Position numbers and translations under genes: made by a program
In this document: in pieces, positions 13,805-28,152 of the stretch
Position numbering within the stretch: position 1 is the first letter of the stretch
Layout: every line of letters starts with the position of its first letter
Source: Paramecium tetraurelia
Lineage: Eukaryota
Assembly (NCBI GenBank): GCA_000165425.1
Contig: CT868496.1
Coordinates: 1-64,000, forward strand
DNA length: 64,000 nucleotides
Direction of reading: 5' to 3'
The notes under the pieces: model-generated
The model's input: the letters and a program-made list of their open reading frames with translations, nothing else
The model's database searches: none
Told to the model about the DNA's origin: nothing

Positions 13805-15182
13805 ATGTAAGAAATCTTCAAATCATCCTAAATTTTGAATTTTCTATGGCAATCTATTTAATCAGAAATAAAGAATTAAAAAACTATAATAGTAATTTTA
13901 CTAGGATCTCAAAATAGTGGCAAGACTACCTTTTTTCAATATCTAAAAACAAATAACATAATTATTTTAGATAAGGGCATGTATAATAGAAATAATTAAC
14001 AATTGTTTGAGTCCTTTAAAATCAATGAGCTTCAACCTCATTTATTTTTGGATTTCAATTATACTCTTATTTTAAAAAACGATAAAATGAATCTGGTTTT
14101 TGAAGAATTGTTTTTAAGATTAATTGATAAATATGAAATAAAAATTGTATATATTTTAGAAAATCCTGAAAATTAACTATTTCAAAGAGGAGCATAATTA
14201 TAAGAATTTATACAGAAATATTTGGGTGGAAATAAAATTAATATTTAAAGATTAAATATTATTCTAAATAATTACTAAGAAGATTTAAATGATAGAGATT
14301 TAATTTTAATAGTGCAAAAACAAATGGAATTTATATATGAGAAGTTTAGCAAAGATATTTTTGTTTTTAGAAAAATAAAAACAATAGAATAGCTACAGAA
14401 AGAGTTTACAATTGAGAAAAGAAGTAAGATTTTGACTTCTATATTTGAATCATTTTAACTTTAACTTCAAAAGGATTACTTTACTTTAAATTATGAGCAA
14501 GCATATCAATTAGAGGCTATAATAAAAATGACATTCATATCAATTTTAGAGAAAATTTAAGTGAACGGTATGACAGCAAATCAATTAAACTAAGATGAGC
14601 TTAAAAACCTAAAATAATTTTATTCAGCAATATTAAACCATACTTAAAATACAGATCCCCTATTTTTGTGCTTTTATTCTCAAGAGTGGGATAAGTTAGT
14701 AAATGAAACTGCCTCACTTAATCATTCAGATATCAATAATTATAATTGCCTAAAAGAGATTTTACCTTAATTTAAAAGCATAATTTTAAAATCTAAGATT
14801 TTTGAAGAAGTTAATAAAATGATTAAGAGTAGCTGTTAAGGTTTTAATCTAAAATGTAGAAACCTATATTAAAGATGACTCAAACTACAATAGTAATCTT
14901 ATGGTTGATAAAAAAATTGAAATGAATTTTGATTAAATAGAAGCAAACATCAATAAATATCAATAATTATACAAGATTTAGATATAAGAATTAAGCTGTA
15001 TTATCAATAATGAGTATCAAAAATAACCTTGTGAAAAAACAAAAAAGTTAAAAATTATTATGGATGTATTAGACGAATATATTAGTAAGTTAGAAGAATT
15101 GAAAAAATATTAGGAAATTTAGGAGTAAGAAAAGAAAATCTTTATCAGTAAATAAAACTAAATTAATTGTTACATATTTTGA
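13805..15182 (+). CDS. Divergent paralogous P-loop GTPase-like protein with C-terminal CaaX (CYIF)
   Basis: G1 GSQNSGKTT; the G3 position reads DFNY. A 19-nt intron at 14841-14859 restores frame. Ends ...QINCYIF*. Homologous to the neighbouring gene (LNNYQEDLNDRDLI vs LNQYMDDLNDKDLI). Confidence 0.8.
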
Positions 15183-15353
15183 TTAAGTGAATAAATTCTT
15201 CGTTAATAATATTTCCTATATCATTTTTAATATAATATCCTTCCTCTATTTAAAAAATGATCAATTAATAATCGTATTATTTAATTATAATATATAATAA
15301 GTATTGTTATATATATAGAAATACAAATATTTAATAATATTTTATTAATAAAT

Positions 15354-16566
<1,213 letters not shown>

Positions 16567-16583
16567 AATTTAATGTTAAATTA

Positions 16584-17163
16584 ATGATATTCATCATTCT
16601 GCCAAATATGGTAAAGAACTATCGCAATCCTTTGAGACAAAAATAGCAAAAAAGGAATAATAGATTACAGGGAAATATTTTCCCACAAATCTGTTATTCC
16701 AACTAGATCTATCTACATACAAACTCAAATTGAAGATAAAAATAGAAGAAACATAAACATATGGGATTATTGCATTTCTAGGATATTTTACAAAAATAGC
16801 ATGTGTAGAACAAACCATTATATCCCACCAATTAAGAACATATCTACTCAACAAAAATGGTTACACCACTATTGCTATCTAAGAAGAGATTATAAATTTA
16901 TAAATACCATATGATGAAAAAAGTAAGGGAATCTACATTCACTTAAGTAGGTACCTTCACAAATAGAAATTAAGGCATCAAACAAATAATAAAATGGGGC
17001 ATATATTGTCTAAGTTTAATTTAATTTTACTAAAGTAAAAACGATCGCATTCATAAATTTCTACTACCCTAACTAGAGATGTTTTTAGTAATCAAATATA
17101 TGCAGATAAATTCTATATAGCCCTATTATCCAAAGGGGAAATATGGCTAAAATGGAATAGTGA
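16584..17163 (+). CDS. Possible hypothetical protein, gene model unresolved
   Basis: Long TGA-free frame ~16583-16950 followed by intron-like GT..AG segments. No clean in-frame ATG. Confidence 0.3.
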
Positions 17164-17293
17164 TACCTATTGTAAATAGATTTTATTACCAAATCCAATC
17201 ATTAATATATCTCATAGTAATTGAGTTAAGTTCAAATTCTATGTTTGCCCATAAGAATGTCATTAAAAATAAATAAATTATCAAATAAATTTA

Positions 17294-18128
17294 TCAAAAG
17301 GGAAATTGTCCTCCTCTCCCAAATGGATCTGGCCATGGTTTCTTGTTACTAGGTTCTCCAAACGGGTTGATATCAGGTTCAGGGCCAAAAGGGTCAAATC
17401 TTGCACCTGGAGGAGCAAATGGGTTGGATTATTATTATTGTTATTGTCTTTAATTAAAGTTCTAAAAATGTTGAGGGCCCATCAAGTTTCCACCCATACC
17501 TCCTCTATTATCAAAAGGTGTTCTGGCAAAGGGATTTAAATCTTGAGTACCTACTGAGAATGGTTGATTCCTAGGGAGATTCCAAAGTAAGCCTGAGGGT
17601 TACTATTATTAGGGTGGTTATTCTAATAAAATATTGGTTTATTTTTCTATCTTTTCAGGTTCTTGCTTTTTCATTATAATTTTTTATAAAATTGATTGTT
17701 TGTAAGCACTAATTATATTTGATTTAAATAGTAAATCCTAATTGTCAAAATTTAACTGTGAAATTGGAAGCCTATAAGAATATATCTAGTCATTTCTTCC
17801 TAGAATAACTGCATTAATGGATAAAGTATCATTTTGTTCTGGAAGTGTTAAAAATTTAAATTAACATTATTCTTTATTTTAATTGATATATCTAAGAGAG
17901 TATACCCCTAAGAATTGTTGTTAATAGAATACCCTCTTCTGGCAAGTCCCATCCTTCAGCTATGCCAACCCATTCATGACTTTCATCATTTTCATTTATT
18001 CCATTATTCTTGAGTCCTTCCTTGACATTAATACTGTGGATTAGCAGGATTGTTAATAAGGTTTTATTTGTTGGTTAGTCTGGAAGCAGAAATAGTATTT
18101 CATTATAAACTTCTTTAAGAGTTGTCAT
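17294..18128 (-). CDS. PI31: Proteasome inhibitor PI31 (PSMF1) homologue
   Basis: N-terminal FP-domain pattern LLIH...EGWD...GVYSLRY. Pro-rich tail VGTQDLNPF...GGNLMGP...PPGARFDPFGP. Confidence 0.85.
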
Positions 18129-18166
18129 TATATAAATATAATAATAATAATATTTAGTTATTAATA

Positions 18167-18499
18167 ATGAATTAATATCAAGTTTAACCAAAGGAATAGG
18201 AACTTCAAGATCTCACTTAAAATAACTATGAAAATGCTTCCAATTAATTTGCCCCTTATGTAAATATGTAGGTGTATTCTCAATAACAATAATACAATTA
18301 AACTGCTTATAACAATAACTATGCAGAATTAAATGAGGGTTAAGACAAGAAATTGGAAAATAATTTTGATAATTTCAAATAATACATTTCAAATTTGCAA
18401 TAAAATTTCTCAGAAGAATCAGTTGGATGTCAATTTTTCACAATTTGCAATACCATTGTATGTTTTGTAATATTATGTGTTATCATAAAATCACTTTGA
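18167..18499 (+). CDS. 110-aa Q/N-rich protein with Cys-rich C-terminal TM segment (tail-anchored)
   Basis: Complete code-6 ORF MNQYQVQPKEQE...GCQFFTICNTIVCFVILCVIIKSL*. Confidence 0.7.
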
Positions 18500-19417
18500 A
18501 TATTAAAGTAAAATGAAATTATGATCATATTTGATAAAGTATATTTGAAATTATTTACATCTTCTTTGTTTTGAAATTCTCTAAATTTAATTATTCATTT
18601 ATCTTTCTTTGTTAATATTATTAATTATTCTAGAATTTGAGAAATAAGTTCAATTTGATTAATTACTATTGCTATTTGTTAAATAAATAGCTCATAAAAT
18701 ATCATGTCTAAATATTTAAATTATCATTTTTAATATGAAATATGCATTTTGCTACTACTTTAGTATTAATGATTAAATTAATAAATCTTCAATTGAGTGA
18801 AGAAATATAAAAATAATAAATGAATTTGCTGAATTAATTTAATAATTTTGTTTTTCATCACTTCATATTAGTTATCATTAAATTAATATGGTCAATAAAA
18901 ATATCTATACATTAACGATAAATCAATTAAATTCATTTGTGAAGATATTTATATGTATAAAAATATAATGATAATCTATATTCTAATAGGGAAACATATT
19001 GATAAAGTAAATCTACTTTTCTTAATTACAAAAAGGATTATTAGATATTAAATTTGAAAATTGATATCAAAATTCATCGCAGTTTACTTGTATAATGTAC
19101 AGTTTTAGATTTCTTTTATAAGAATTAAAAATTTAGTAGCTTTGTTAACTATTGAATTGTTATTAATACTATTACCCAATTAATTAGTAAGAAAACTTTT
19201 AGATATATAGACATAAGGCCAAATTTGATTTAATGATATTTAGAATATTCTTGTATTTTCTCAAGAAAATATAGAAAATTTAACTTCATATAAGGTATCA
19301 TTGAAGTTTGAATTGTAAAAGTATGTTTGGTATAGTTAAAATGATTTCAGCTGATTGATTTATTTAAAAAGCGAATTAATATCAGTTATTTCATAAAGTT
19401 ATTGATATAATTAACAT

Positions 19418-21056
19418 ATGAATAGATTTAAAAAATATTTAGAATGTGATGATGATTAGGTTTTAGATATATATGATCAATTAATAGATGAGATTTTATA
19501 ACACCAAAACGAACAGGAGCAGCTTATTTTGAATTTAAAAGATCACATGCAATTGGTTGAGATTAAAAAAAAAATCAGAATCTTATAATTGATAAATGAA
19601 ATCATTTGTTGTAATGATACAAATTTTAAATCATTAATACAAATCCACTTTTTGGATTTACTTAAAGAATATTTTGAACATCAAAGTAAGAGTCTTTAAT
19701 CTAATTATTTGTGTTAAGAAGGTATAAATATAAGTTAATCTTAAAGATGAAGTTGAAGTCATTGAGCTCTATATGTTTGTAAACAAAATATTAGCATATT
19801 ACGATCCTGGCTAAATAGAAAAACCGAGACTAAGTGTGATGAAACCAAAAAGTGAAGAATTCAAATTTTAATTTGAATCTCGAGCTTCAATATTCTTGAA
19901 TGATTAAGAATAGAAATATGAAGAAAAAGAAATATAGACTGATGAAGATTAAGAATTGATAAAATGGAAAAATAAATGGGAACTATAATTTCATTACAAT
20001 TAGAGATTGCAAAAAATTAACTAATAATTACGAAAAGAAATAGCAGATTATTAGAAGAAACAAAATCAAACTTCTTAAACAATATAAAAACCCTAATCTG
20101 CAATATATTTGCAACAGCATGCAAAATTAAAAAATGATTTAAGTGTATCATTTGGGTAATAGCAATCTTAATCATAATAATTAATGAAGTTTGAAGATGA
20201 TGAGGAAGATCAAATTATAATAAGTGATATAACTGAAAATACTGATTAAACAAGTCAAATAAAACAAATTTCATCGATTTTAAAAAAGAATGAAAATGAT
20301 AAAAAATAAAAGAAGAGAGTTTAATTCGTCTAGAGAAAACTTAATGTTCAATGTTACAATTATTAGAATCTGCTGAATGAAATTGAATAATCAGAATTAC
20401 AATGTTTAAAGAAATGTTGCTTTTCTAAATACGGAATCATTTACGATGACAGATCAATATAAATATTACTATAGTTGAGTGACTCTGTTGAATTCGAGTC
20501 ATCCTTAACAATATTGAATAGAACAAATGATGACATCAAATTATCTCTGATCTATAAATAACCGGTCAATATTAGTGTTAGAATTAGAGATCTGGTCTTG
20601 AATTCCAAAAAGTCCCTCAAGTAGATTATTTACAATGATAAGGATGAACTTTTACAATTGTAACTTAATTATGAGTTGAACCAATAAAAAATAGACAAAT
20701 ACATTTTAATACCAAATTTATTACACAAATACTTACAATTCAACAAATTTACAGAGGCAGCATATCTACAACACATGGATGAAATCAAAAACAATGATAC
20801 ACATACTATGTTAATCAGTTAATGTCCCAATGTCATTGTGGATGAGGAGAAAATTATGAAGATAATTCCTAATTATATCACATCTAAAAAGAAGTACTTA
20901 AGCAGTATGAATTATAAATCTATTCAATTTTATTGTAAAATTAAATCTGATAAGAATCAAACCGAAGTTAAGTTGCTGATAGATTCAAATAATGAACAGT
21001 TTGGAACAAAGTTACTCCAATAGCTAATATTCTTGTTGATTATTTAAAAGAAATGA
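19418..21056 (+). CDS. Protein with helical (VHS-like) N-terminus, coiled coil and C-terminal alpha-adaptin appendage-like domain
   Basis: One 25-nt intron 19722-19746. C-terminal KKCCFSKYGIIYDDRSIQI...LNRT...LIPNLLHKYLQF resembles the AP2 alpha ear. Confidence 0.65.
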
Positions 21057-21253
21057 AACATTAATATCTATTTATATGGTATGTATAATCTTGGTTTACG
21101 CCGTCAATAAATAATTAAACTTCCTGCATAAGGGGAGTTTTAGTCTTTAAAAATTAATTGATCTTCTCGATCATTTTGTTAATTAATTATTGATTTAGAT
21201 ATTTTTGATATTAATTTATATATTCTTATTATTTTATCATAAATCTTTTATCG

Positions 21254-21702
21254 ATGACTCACTAAATGGCAAAGTTGTACACATAGGATGGAACTGGTCG
21301 GGATTCGTATATATTTTTCAACAATGGAGGATTTTATCCTGCACAATCCAGATTTTTGGTTAACAGGATGGCAGAGTCATGTATGTAGTAAATTAATTTT
21401 GAGGGGCTTATGGATCTCCAAGTAGCGTGCGTCTAGGAGGTTCAATTGAAAAAAGATAGTTTTATTTTTCTGATGGTACAGGAAGAGATACCTACATCGC
21501 AAAAACAGTTTAAAATAAAGCTTAATTGTCACCAGATTTTTAGGAAACTTTAAGAAAATACAAATCGTAACAATTGCCAATTAAATATCCCTATAAATTG
21601 CCTCCAATTAAGTAGGCTGTTCAATAAGAGAAATCGGTTAAGCAACAAGAATTTACAAAAAGATTAGCTGCTCCAAAAAAACGATTGGAAGATAATGATT
21701 GA
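21254..21702 (+). CDS. Small protein with two DGTGRDxYI repeats and a C-terminal RLAAPK motif
   Basis: YTQDGTGRDSYIFFNNGG and YFSDGTGRDTYI, one short intron, ends RLAAPKKRLEDND*. Confidence 0.8.
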
Positions 21703-21773
21703 TTTAAATAATAAAAAATATATATATAAAGTGGATATAAGTTACATGAAATATTTGATAATTTATATATTAA

Positions 21774-24208
21774 ATGAGATTCAAAATTAAGGTTAATGAG
21801 AATACTAAGCATGCCGATATTTGCACTTCTGTAAAATGGGGATTGAACAATGAGGCATATAGGTATAATGTCAATTTTGATGATTTTAGTTTGAGTGATG
21901 ATTATACAATTTTGAAATGGGATCCTAATTCATTAGAGGTAAATTAAATTGTAATGTAAAGTCATCGAAATTCGTGGATTTGGAGGGATATGGCACAGAC
22001 TTCGATTTCTTGTAGGGATAGAGGGGATCAACAGATCTAGTAGCTATAGCATTTAGTGATGGCTCATTCATATTGTAATAAAAGACAGGAAAGGTGGAAA
22101 AGAAGGAGAAGGAAGCACACAAGGGAGCTGTAACTAATCAATTATTAAATACATAGATCATAAGTATCAAGTGGAGTGTAGATGGATCATTAGCAACATG
22201 TGGTGAGGATGGTGCTTTAAAGATTTGGAGTAAAACAGGAATAATCAGATCAAATTTAGTATAGATAGATAAACCAATATATTGTATTGTTTGGAGTCCA
22301 GACAATGATGGTATACTCTATTGTTCTGATAAAATGATCTACATTAAGCCATTACAAGCAGGTTAAAAATAGGTGCAATGGAAGGCTCATGATGGTTTGG
22401 TTTTGAAGGTGGATTGGAATCACACAAACAATTTGATATTGTCATGTGGAGAGGATTGTAAATACAAAGTGTTTGATACTTACGGCAGATTATTGTTTGC
22501 ATCGGCTCCATATGATTATGTGATAACATCAGTTGCATGGAGTCCTAATGGCGATTACTTTGCTGTGGGTGCATATGATATGTTGAGACTCTGTGATAAA
22601 ACAGGTTGGACCTATTCTTTTCATAAAACTAATTAAGGAAGTATTTTAAATATAGCATGGACAAGTGATGGGACTATTTGTGCAGGAGCAGCTGGTAATG
22701 GCAGTGTGATATTTGGTCATGTAGTTGAAAGATGTATCACTTATGATAAGTGGGAGATCACCTTGACAGAAGATAATAAGTATAAAAATTTAAATTAAAT
22801 TCAGAATTCAAATTATTGATTTAATAGATGAAATGAATAGTGAGTTCGATTTCAAAGAAAGAGTAATTAATATGTCTATGAAATACAACAATCTCATAAT
22901 TACAACCAGTTCACATTGTTACATCTATTCTTTTAGAAACTGGAACACTCCATACATCTTCGACATCAGAGACTCAGTCAGTTAAATTTGTTAATGTGCC
23001 AATTACTTTTGCCTAGTCGAAGTAAGTTCAGGAATCATGGTCTACAATTATGAAGGCAGATTGATCAGCAATCCCAAAATCTAAGGAACTAAATGTACTG
23101 ATTTTTATTACATTCTTAGTTGAACATTTATCTCATAAAAAGATAGCTATCTCTAATGATTTATTAGCATTAGTTGATGGAGGTAATAATAAAGTTGTCA
23201 AATTCTACGAAATGAACTCAGGGAAAGCTTTGAATTTCACAGTTGAACATTCCTTAGAAATTCTTGAAATCAATTTAAATCAAACAGAAATGATCGGAGA
23301 AAGGAAATTGGCCTTTGTTGATTAAAACAGAGACTTACATATTACTCCTGTTCATAAAAAAGATATAGTTAAATTGGCTGCCATGACAGATTCATTTTTA
23401 TGGAATGAGAAATTTGATATGTTATGCGCTATTTCCGATCAAAGATTCGTTGTCTGGTACTATCCAACATCAGTCTATGTGGACAGAGATCTATTAGAAT
23501 AAGTTAAAGTAAGTAAGGAGTGCACCGATCTAACCAGAAACTCATAAATTTTGTCATTCTAAGACACCATGGTCTAAATCCGTAGAAAGGATGGTGCAAT
23601 TATGACTTAAAGTGTTTCACCATATCCTGCATTACTCTTCGAAGCTTGCGAAAGGGGAAAATGGGAGAAGGCTATCAAATTATGCAGGTATGTCAAGGAA
23701 CACACATTGTGGGCTGCACTTGCTGGTCTTTCACTTTAATTTAAAGAACTTAATACAGCTGAAATTGCTTTGGCTGCAATCGAAGCTGCCGATAAGGTTC
23801 TCTTCATTTAAAAGATTATCAATGTCGAATCCGAGAAAGCCAAAAGTGCTCTCCTGGCTTTATTCTTCAAAAGACCTCAAGAGGCTGAAAATATCTACAC
23901 ACAAGCTAAATTGTATTATAGAGCCATTAAAATGAATATCAAATTATATAAGTACTGTTTTCATAAGCTAATTATCTTAGATGGGAAAGGGCTCTTGATT
24001 TGGCTCTTCAATATAATGTTCATCAAGACACTTTGCTAGCATACAGACAAAAATACCTTGAATTAACAAGCTAACAAGAAACCATACCCAGATTTGAAAA
24101 GCTTGCTTATGATGTAATTATGTTGAGTAATGTTAGATCAAAAAGTATGATTGGGTAGAAATTAAAAATAAAATTAAATAAGAAAAGGCGAGAGAACAAT
24201 AATCATGA
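21774..24208 (+). CDS. IFT80: Intraflagellar transport protein 80
   Basis: [22 protein letters not shown]...[18 protein letters not shown]...[46 protein letters not shown]. Several short introns. Confidence 0.97.
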
Positions 24209-24225
24209 AATATTAAAACATAAAT

Positions 24226-26511
24226 TCAATAATTCATTTATGAATGTCTTTCTACTAAAGATGGTCTTTGCATTTCTTGATCTACTAGTTTATCGAATTC
24301 ATTTTAGAATTAAACCTAGTATTTCTTTATTTGCTACTCCAGTTCATTGTTTTCATTTTGCAATAATTAAGCTTGATTTTTTAACTTACTGTTTTCGGAT
24401 TATAATTTTGATACCTAATCTTCGTATTATTAGATTTAAATCTCTCGATCTTAAATTTAATTCACTAATTTTTGTACTTCTTTCCTTTACTACTCATGCT
24501 ATTTTGAATAATCAGACTTTTATTACTCCAGTTCATTATAATGATTGGAGGTTTATTCATTTAATTCATCCTCCTTCATCTACAATTCCTCGACTGCATT
24601 TTTATATTTTTTCTCCAAATTTCCAATTTATTCTTGCTTCTTTTTCCTTTCAAAATCAAAATTTTGAATTTCTTATTCATAAGAAGAAAGTTAATCCTGT
24701 ATGTTTTAGATCTCCTAAATTAATTGTTCATTCTAGTATTATAACTCTTTAATTTAGGAATTTAATTATTAAATTTATTATTTGTAGCTCTATTCCTTAT
24801 TTAACAGTAATTATGAATTGTTCTTTTCTTCCTCCAATTCTTAATTCAATTAATCGATTGCTTCATTTTATAATAATTGATTCTTTTATAAAGTTTGCAT
24901 TTATTATTCATTCTATGATTTTTATTTGTTTAATTATTATTCGAAATTATACCTTTCCATAGATAGTAAACCGATTTTCTCATTTAATTAACTTATTTCC
25001 TCATTCTTTTGATCTATTTATACTTAATATTATTATTTTTACTATTTAATCTCTTTTTTCAGCCTTTCTATTTCATTTAGATAATTTTTGTTTTATTATT
25101 CAAATTCATAGATTTAATCATTTAATTGATCAATTTCAATTTATCTTTCTTATAATGCCTTATGTCTATCTTCTGTGCTATTTGCCAAATTATTTTTTAT
25201 ATTTTTTAATTCCAAAGTTAATCTTGATATATCATCCTACTATTATTTTTCAATTTTGACTGATTTTTTTTTGTAATTTTCAAAATCACTAGCATTAATT
25301 TATAATTGCCTTTGTAATTATTATATTTCATTATTCAATTAGGAAGCATTAAATGATTCACTATAATAATATTTTAGTTCCTTCTCATTCTTTTCGTTAA
25401 TTTATTAAAGCTATTAAATTTGCTTATTACACTATTCCAATTAAAATAATAACTTATTCTTCTCTTATAAGTATTCTGCATTAAAGGTTAGATCCAACTG
25501 CTCCTTCTTTTAGCGATCAAAACTCTATCTAAGCTTTTCAATTTCCTCTTTTTGTTTAATAATAGTGGTTTGGTATTTGTCTTTCCATTCCTGGATCTCT
25601 TATTGATAAGTCGATAAGAGCAAGTTAACTTATCTGTTTTCCGCTTCCAATTTCAAAGCCTTGTCATTTACCTATTTGTACAAACCATTTATTTTTTGCA
25701 ATTCATTCTAAGCCTTCTAATTGCTATCCCCTTGCTCAAAACCTTGTTAAAATGCTAGTTGTAAATCACCCTAATGTTTATCATTAAGCAATTCTAACTC
25801 AGCCTTAAAATCCTTCTTCATCATATTGAATTCTTCAGTTATTCGAATGTTGTTTTATTACATTAAATTCAACTAATCTTTCAAATCGTTATTTTCAAGT
25901 TCTTAGATTCTAAATTATAATTCGTCAATCAATTTATCTTTGTCATCAATTATTTTCTTAAACCTCTCATCAGAAGCCTTCATTTTGTATTGCATATTAA
26001 AAAGATCAATTTAATTCTATTACATCAGTCTTTCATGTTGCACATTCGCTGCTGCCAATTCATTCTTCACTTTGGTCTTCAAGATATTCTCGTAATGCTA
26101 TGTTAACTAATCTTACTGCTGTTGATGTTGATGTTTCAATAACAATAGTCTTTCTTCCAATGCCTTGATTTCCTGCATTTTGGTTTCCAAAACAAGATTG
26201 AGATTTTCCAACTGACGATTTGATTGTGATGATGTTTGAGATTGATTATTGTAATTACTCAATGACTTTACAGACGAGGCCTAAGGAGTCTTAATATATT
26301 CGTATCTGATGATGGGCTCACTCACAGTTGAAATGGCTGATTGCTTCATCTCCTTATACAGATTATCCACTCGTTGTTCTGCACTTCTTCTGGTTTCCTC
26401 CAATTGCATGGTTAAGTCAATGTTTCGGTCTTCCAATGTCTGAATTCTCCTTTTGTAATCCTTCTCCATTATACCCATTTGCATCTTTAACATAGCTATT
26501 TCATTTTACAT
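24226..26511 (-). CDS. Large coiled-coil protein (~760 aa)
   Basis: MQNEIAMLKMQMG... E/K/Q/L-rich heptads to a TGA at 24226. Length is divisible by 3. Confidence 0.85.
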
Positions 26512-26548
26512 ATTTATTATTTTACAAAAAAATATAATAAACTCAAAC

Positions 26549-28112
26549 TCATTTAAGAATTTCAAGTGCCTATCTGATATTCTCGCCCAAATAAGCTGAA
26601 TCTTGAATCATCCTAACCTAATCGCTTAATTAATAATTTTCAAAATCAAGCAAGATGCCAGTAACTTGTGGTGCCTTGCAATATAATATTTATTACATTA
26701 ATAGGGCCAACAACTTGGGTTACTTTTGGAAATAGCTACATTCCAATCAAATCAGTAACTTGCTATTTTTAGCCTCTATCAACCATAACTTATAATTAGG
26801 GTAAATCTGGGATTTGTTATTACTGGGGATAATAGGGTCTCTTCTATTGTGGATATCTATGTCCATTGTGATGCTATCTGGGTGGTTATTATTAAGGATA
26901 TCTTTGTTATTATTAATAATAGGGTGGAGGGGGCATCTATTACTGATATTATTAGTATGCAGGTTGATGGAATTATCTTTAGAAGGTATTTTTCTTCACT
27001 TGCAATAGGGAACTCACTTCGGAAGGTGGCAAAAGAGGGGAAAGGGATATTACTCCATTCACATACAATGAGGCAATTTGAGGATGATCATATGCATATG
27101 CGATCAGTTACTTGCCGTCATCAGCTGTTTTGAAATATAAATAGGCTATTTGAGTGGGTGGTCTACTACCTAATGGATGATATATATGAAATACCATTTG
27201 GTGGTTGTTTTGATGGCATTAATTTGATATCCTCAACAGGCACTACCAAATTGAGAGCTTTCCTCAAATCTTCTTCAGTGATGTCGGCTTTCAGATTTTT
27301 GGTGAACAAGTTGGCTTCGATGTCTTTGTCAACATTATTGACGACCCATTCGATGTGGATTTATTGATCATTAAACAATTTATTGGATTTGACAGCTGCT
27401 TTTGCACTGTCCTAATTGACAAATTTTACAAATGCAAAAAATGTCCCATTTGTTGTGTTTCTATTCAAAACCAATGATTCCACAGTTCCAAAGGAGGAAA
27501 CAAAGGTCTGTAAGTCAGATTTTAGTTGATCTGGAGTGACATTTGGCTGGACTTTGATGTTACTTATGTACACTTGATCTCTGTGTTGTTTTTTGGATGT
27601 GAATCTAAATAATAATATTAAAAAGATACTTCTAAATTTTAAATCCTAATTTGGATTATTCGGCTATGCATTTATCAGCTGACTCTTTTTTGTCAAATTA
27701 TATATAGGCAACACCCACTTTGTCTGACTTCTATAATTTGACACTGAGGATAGTTCCAAATTAACTGAAAAGTTAGCGAAGAGATGATTGAGTCTCTTTC
27801 TTATCGATATTGTCAATAAAGACATTAGCTTCAAGATCCAGCTGAGCTATATTTAAGTATTAACAAACGTAGGGCTCCTCACCATTGATATTAATCGATT
27901 TTTAGAGAGCAGAAGTGACTTTGAATGTATAATTACAATAAATTACCACTTTGATTTTCCTTATAGATTATACAAACTCCTGATCCTTGGGAGGTGATTT
28001 ATTCAATTTGGCCGAATTCTGAGAATATTTTCTTTAATTGTTCAGTGGTTGTTTATTGAGGGTATTTTGAAACATACAGAGTGCGTTCTGCTGGGATTGA
28101 TGTAGTATTCAT
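26549..28112 (-). CDS. Poly(A)-binding-protein-like: multiple RRMs, Q/P/N linker and MLLE (PABC) domain
   Basis: RTLYVSKYP, VFIDNID, GVAYIQF, VYISNI and FFAFVKF RNP motifs. C-terminal IGMQLFPKV...APQVTGILLDF. Confidence 0.85.
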
Positions 28113-28152
28113 AAAATAAAATCTTTTTATTTATTTAATTTATTTTGTTATA

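Noticed and set aside
24240..24752. 170-aa + strand ORF, and similar ORFs at 28774-29313, 30108-30390 and 36830-37285
   Set aside because: Antisense shadows of minus-strand coiled-coil or TMP genes.
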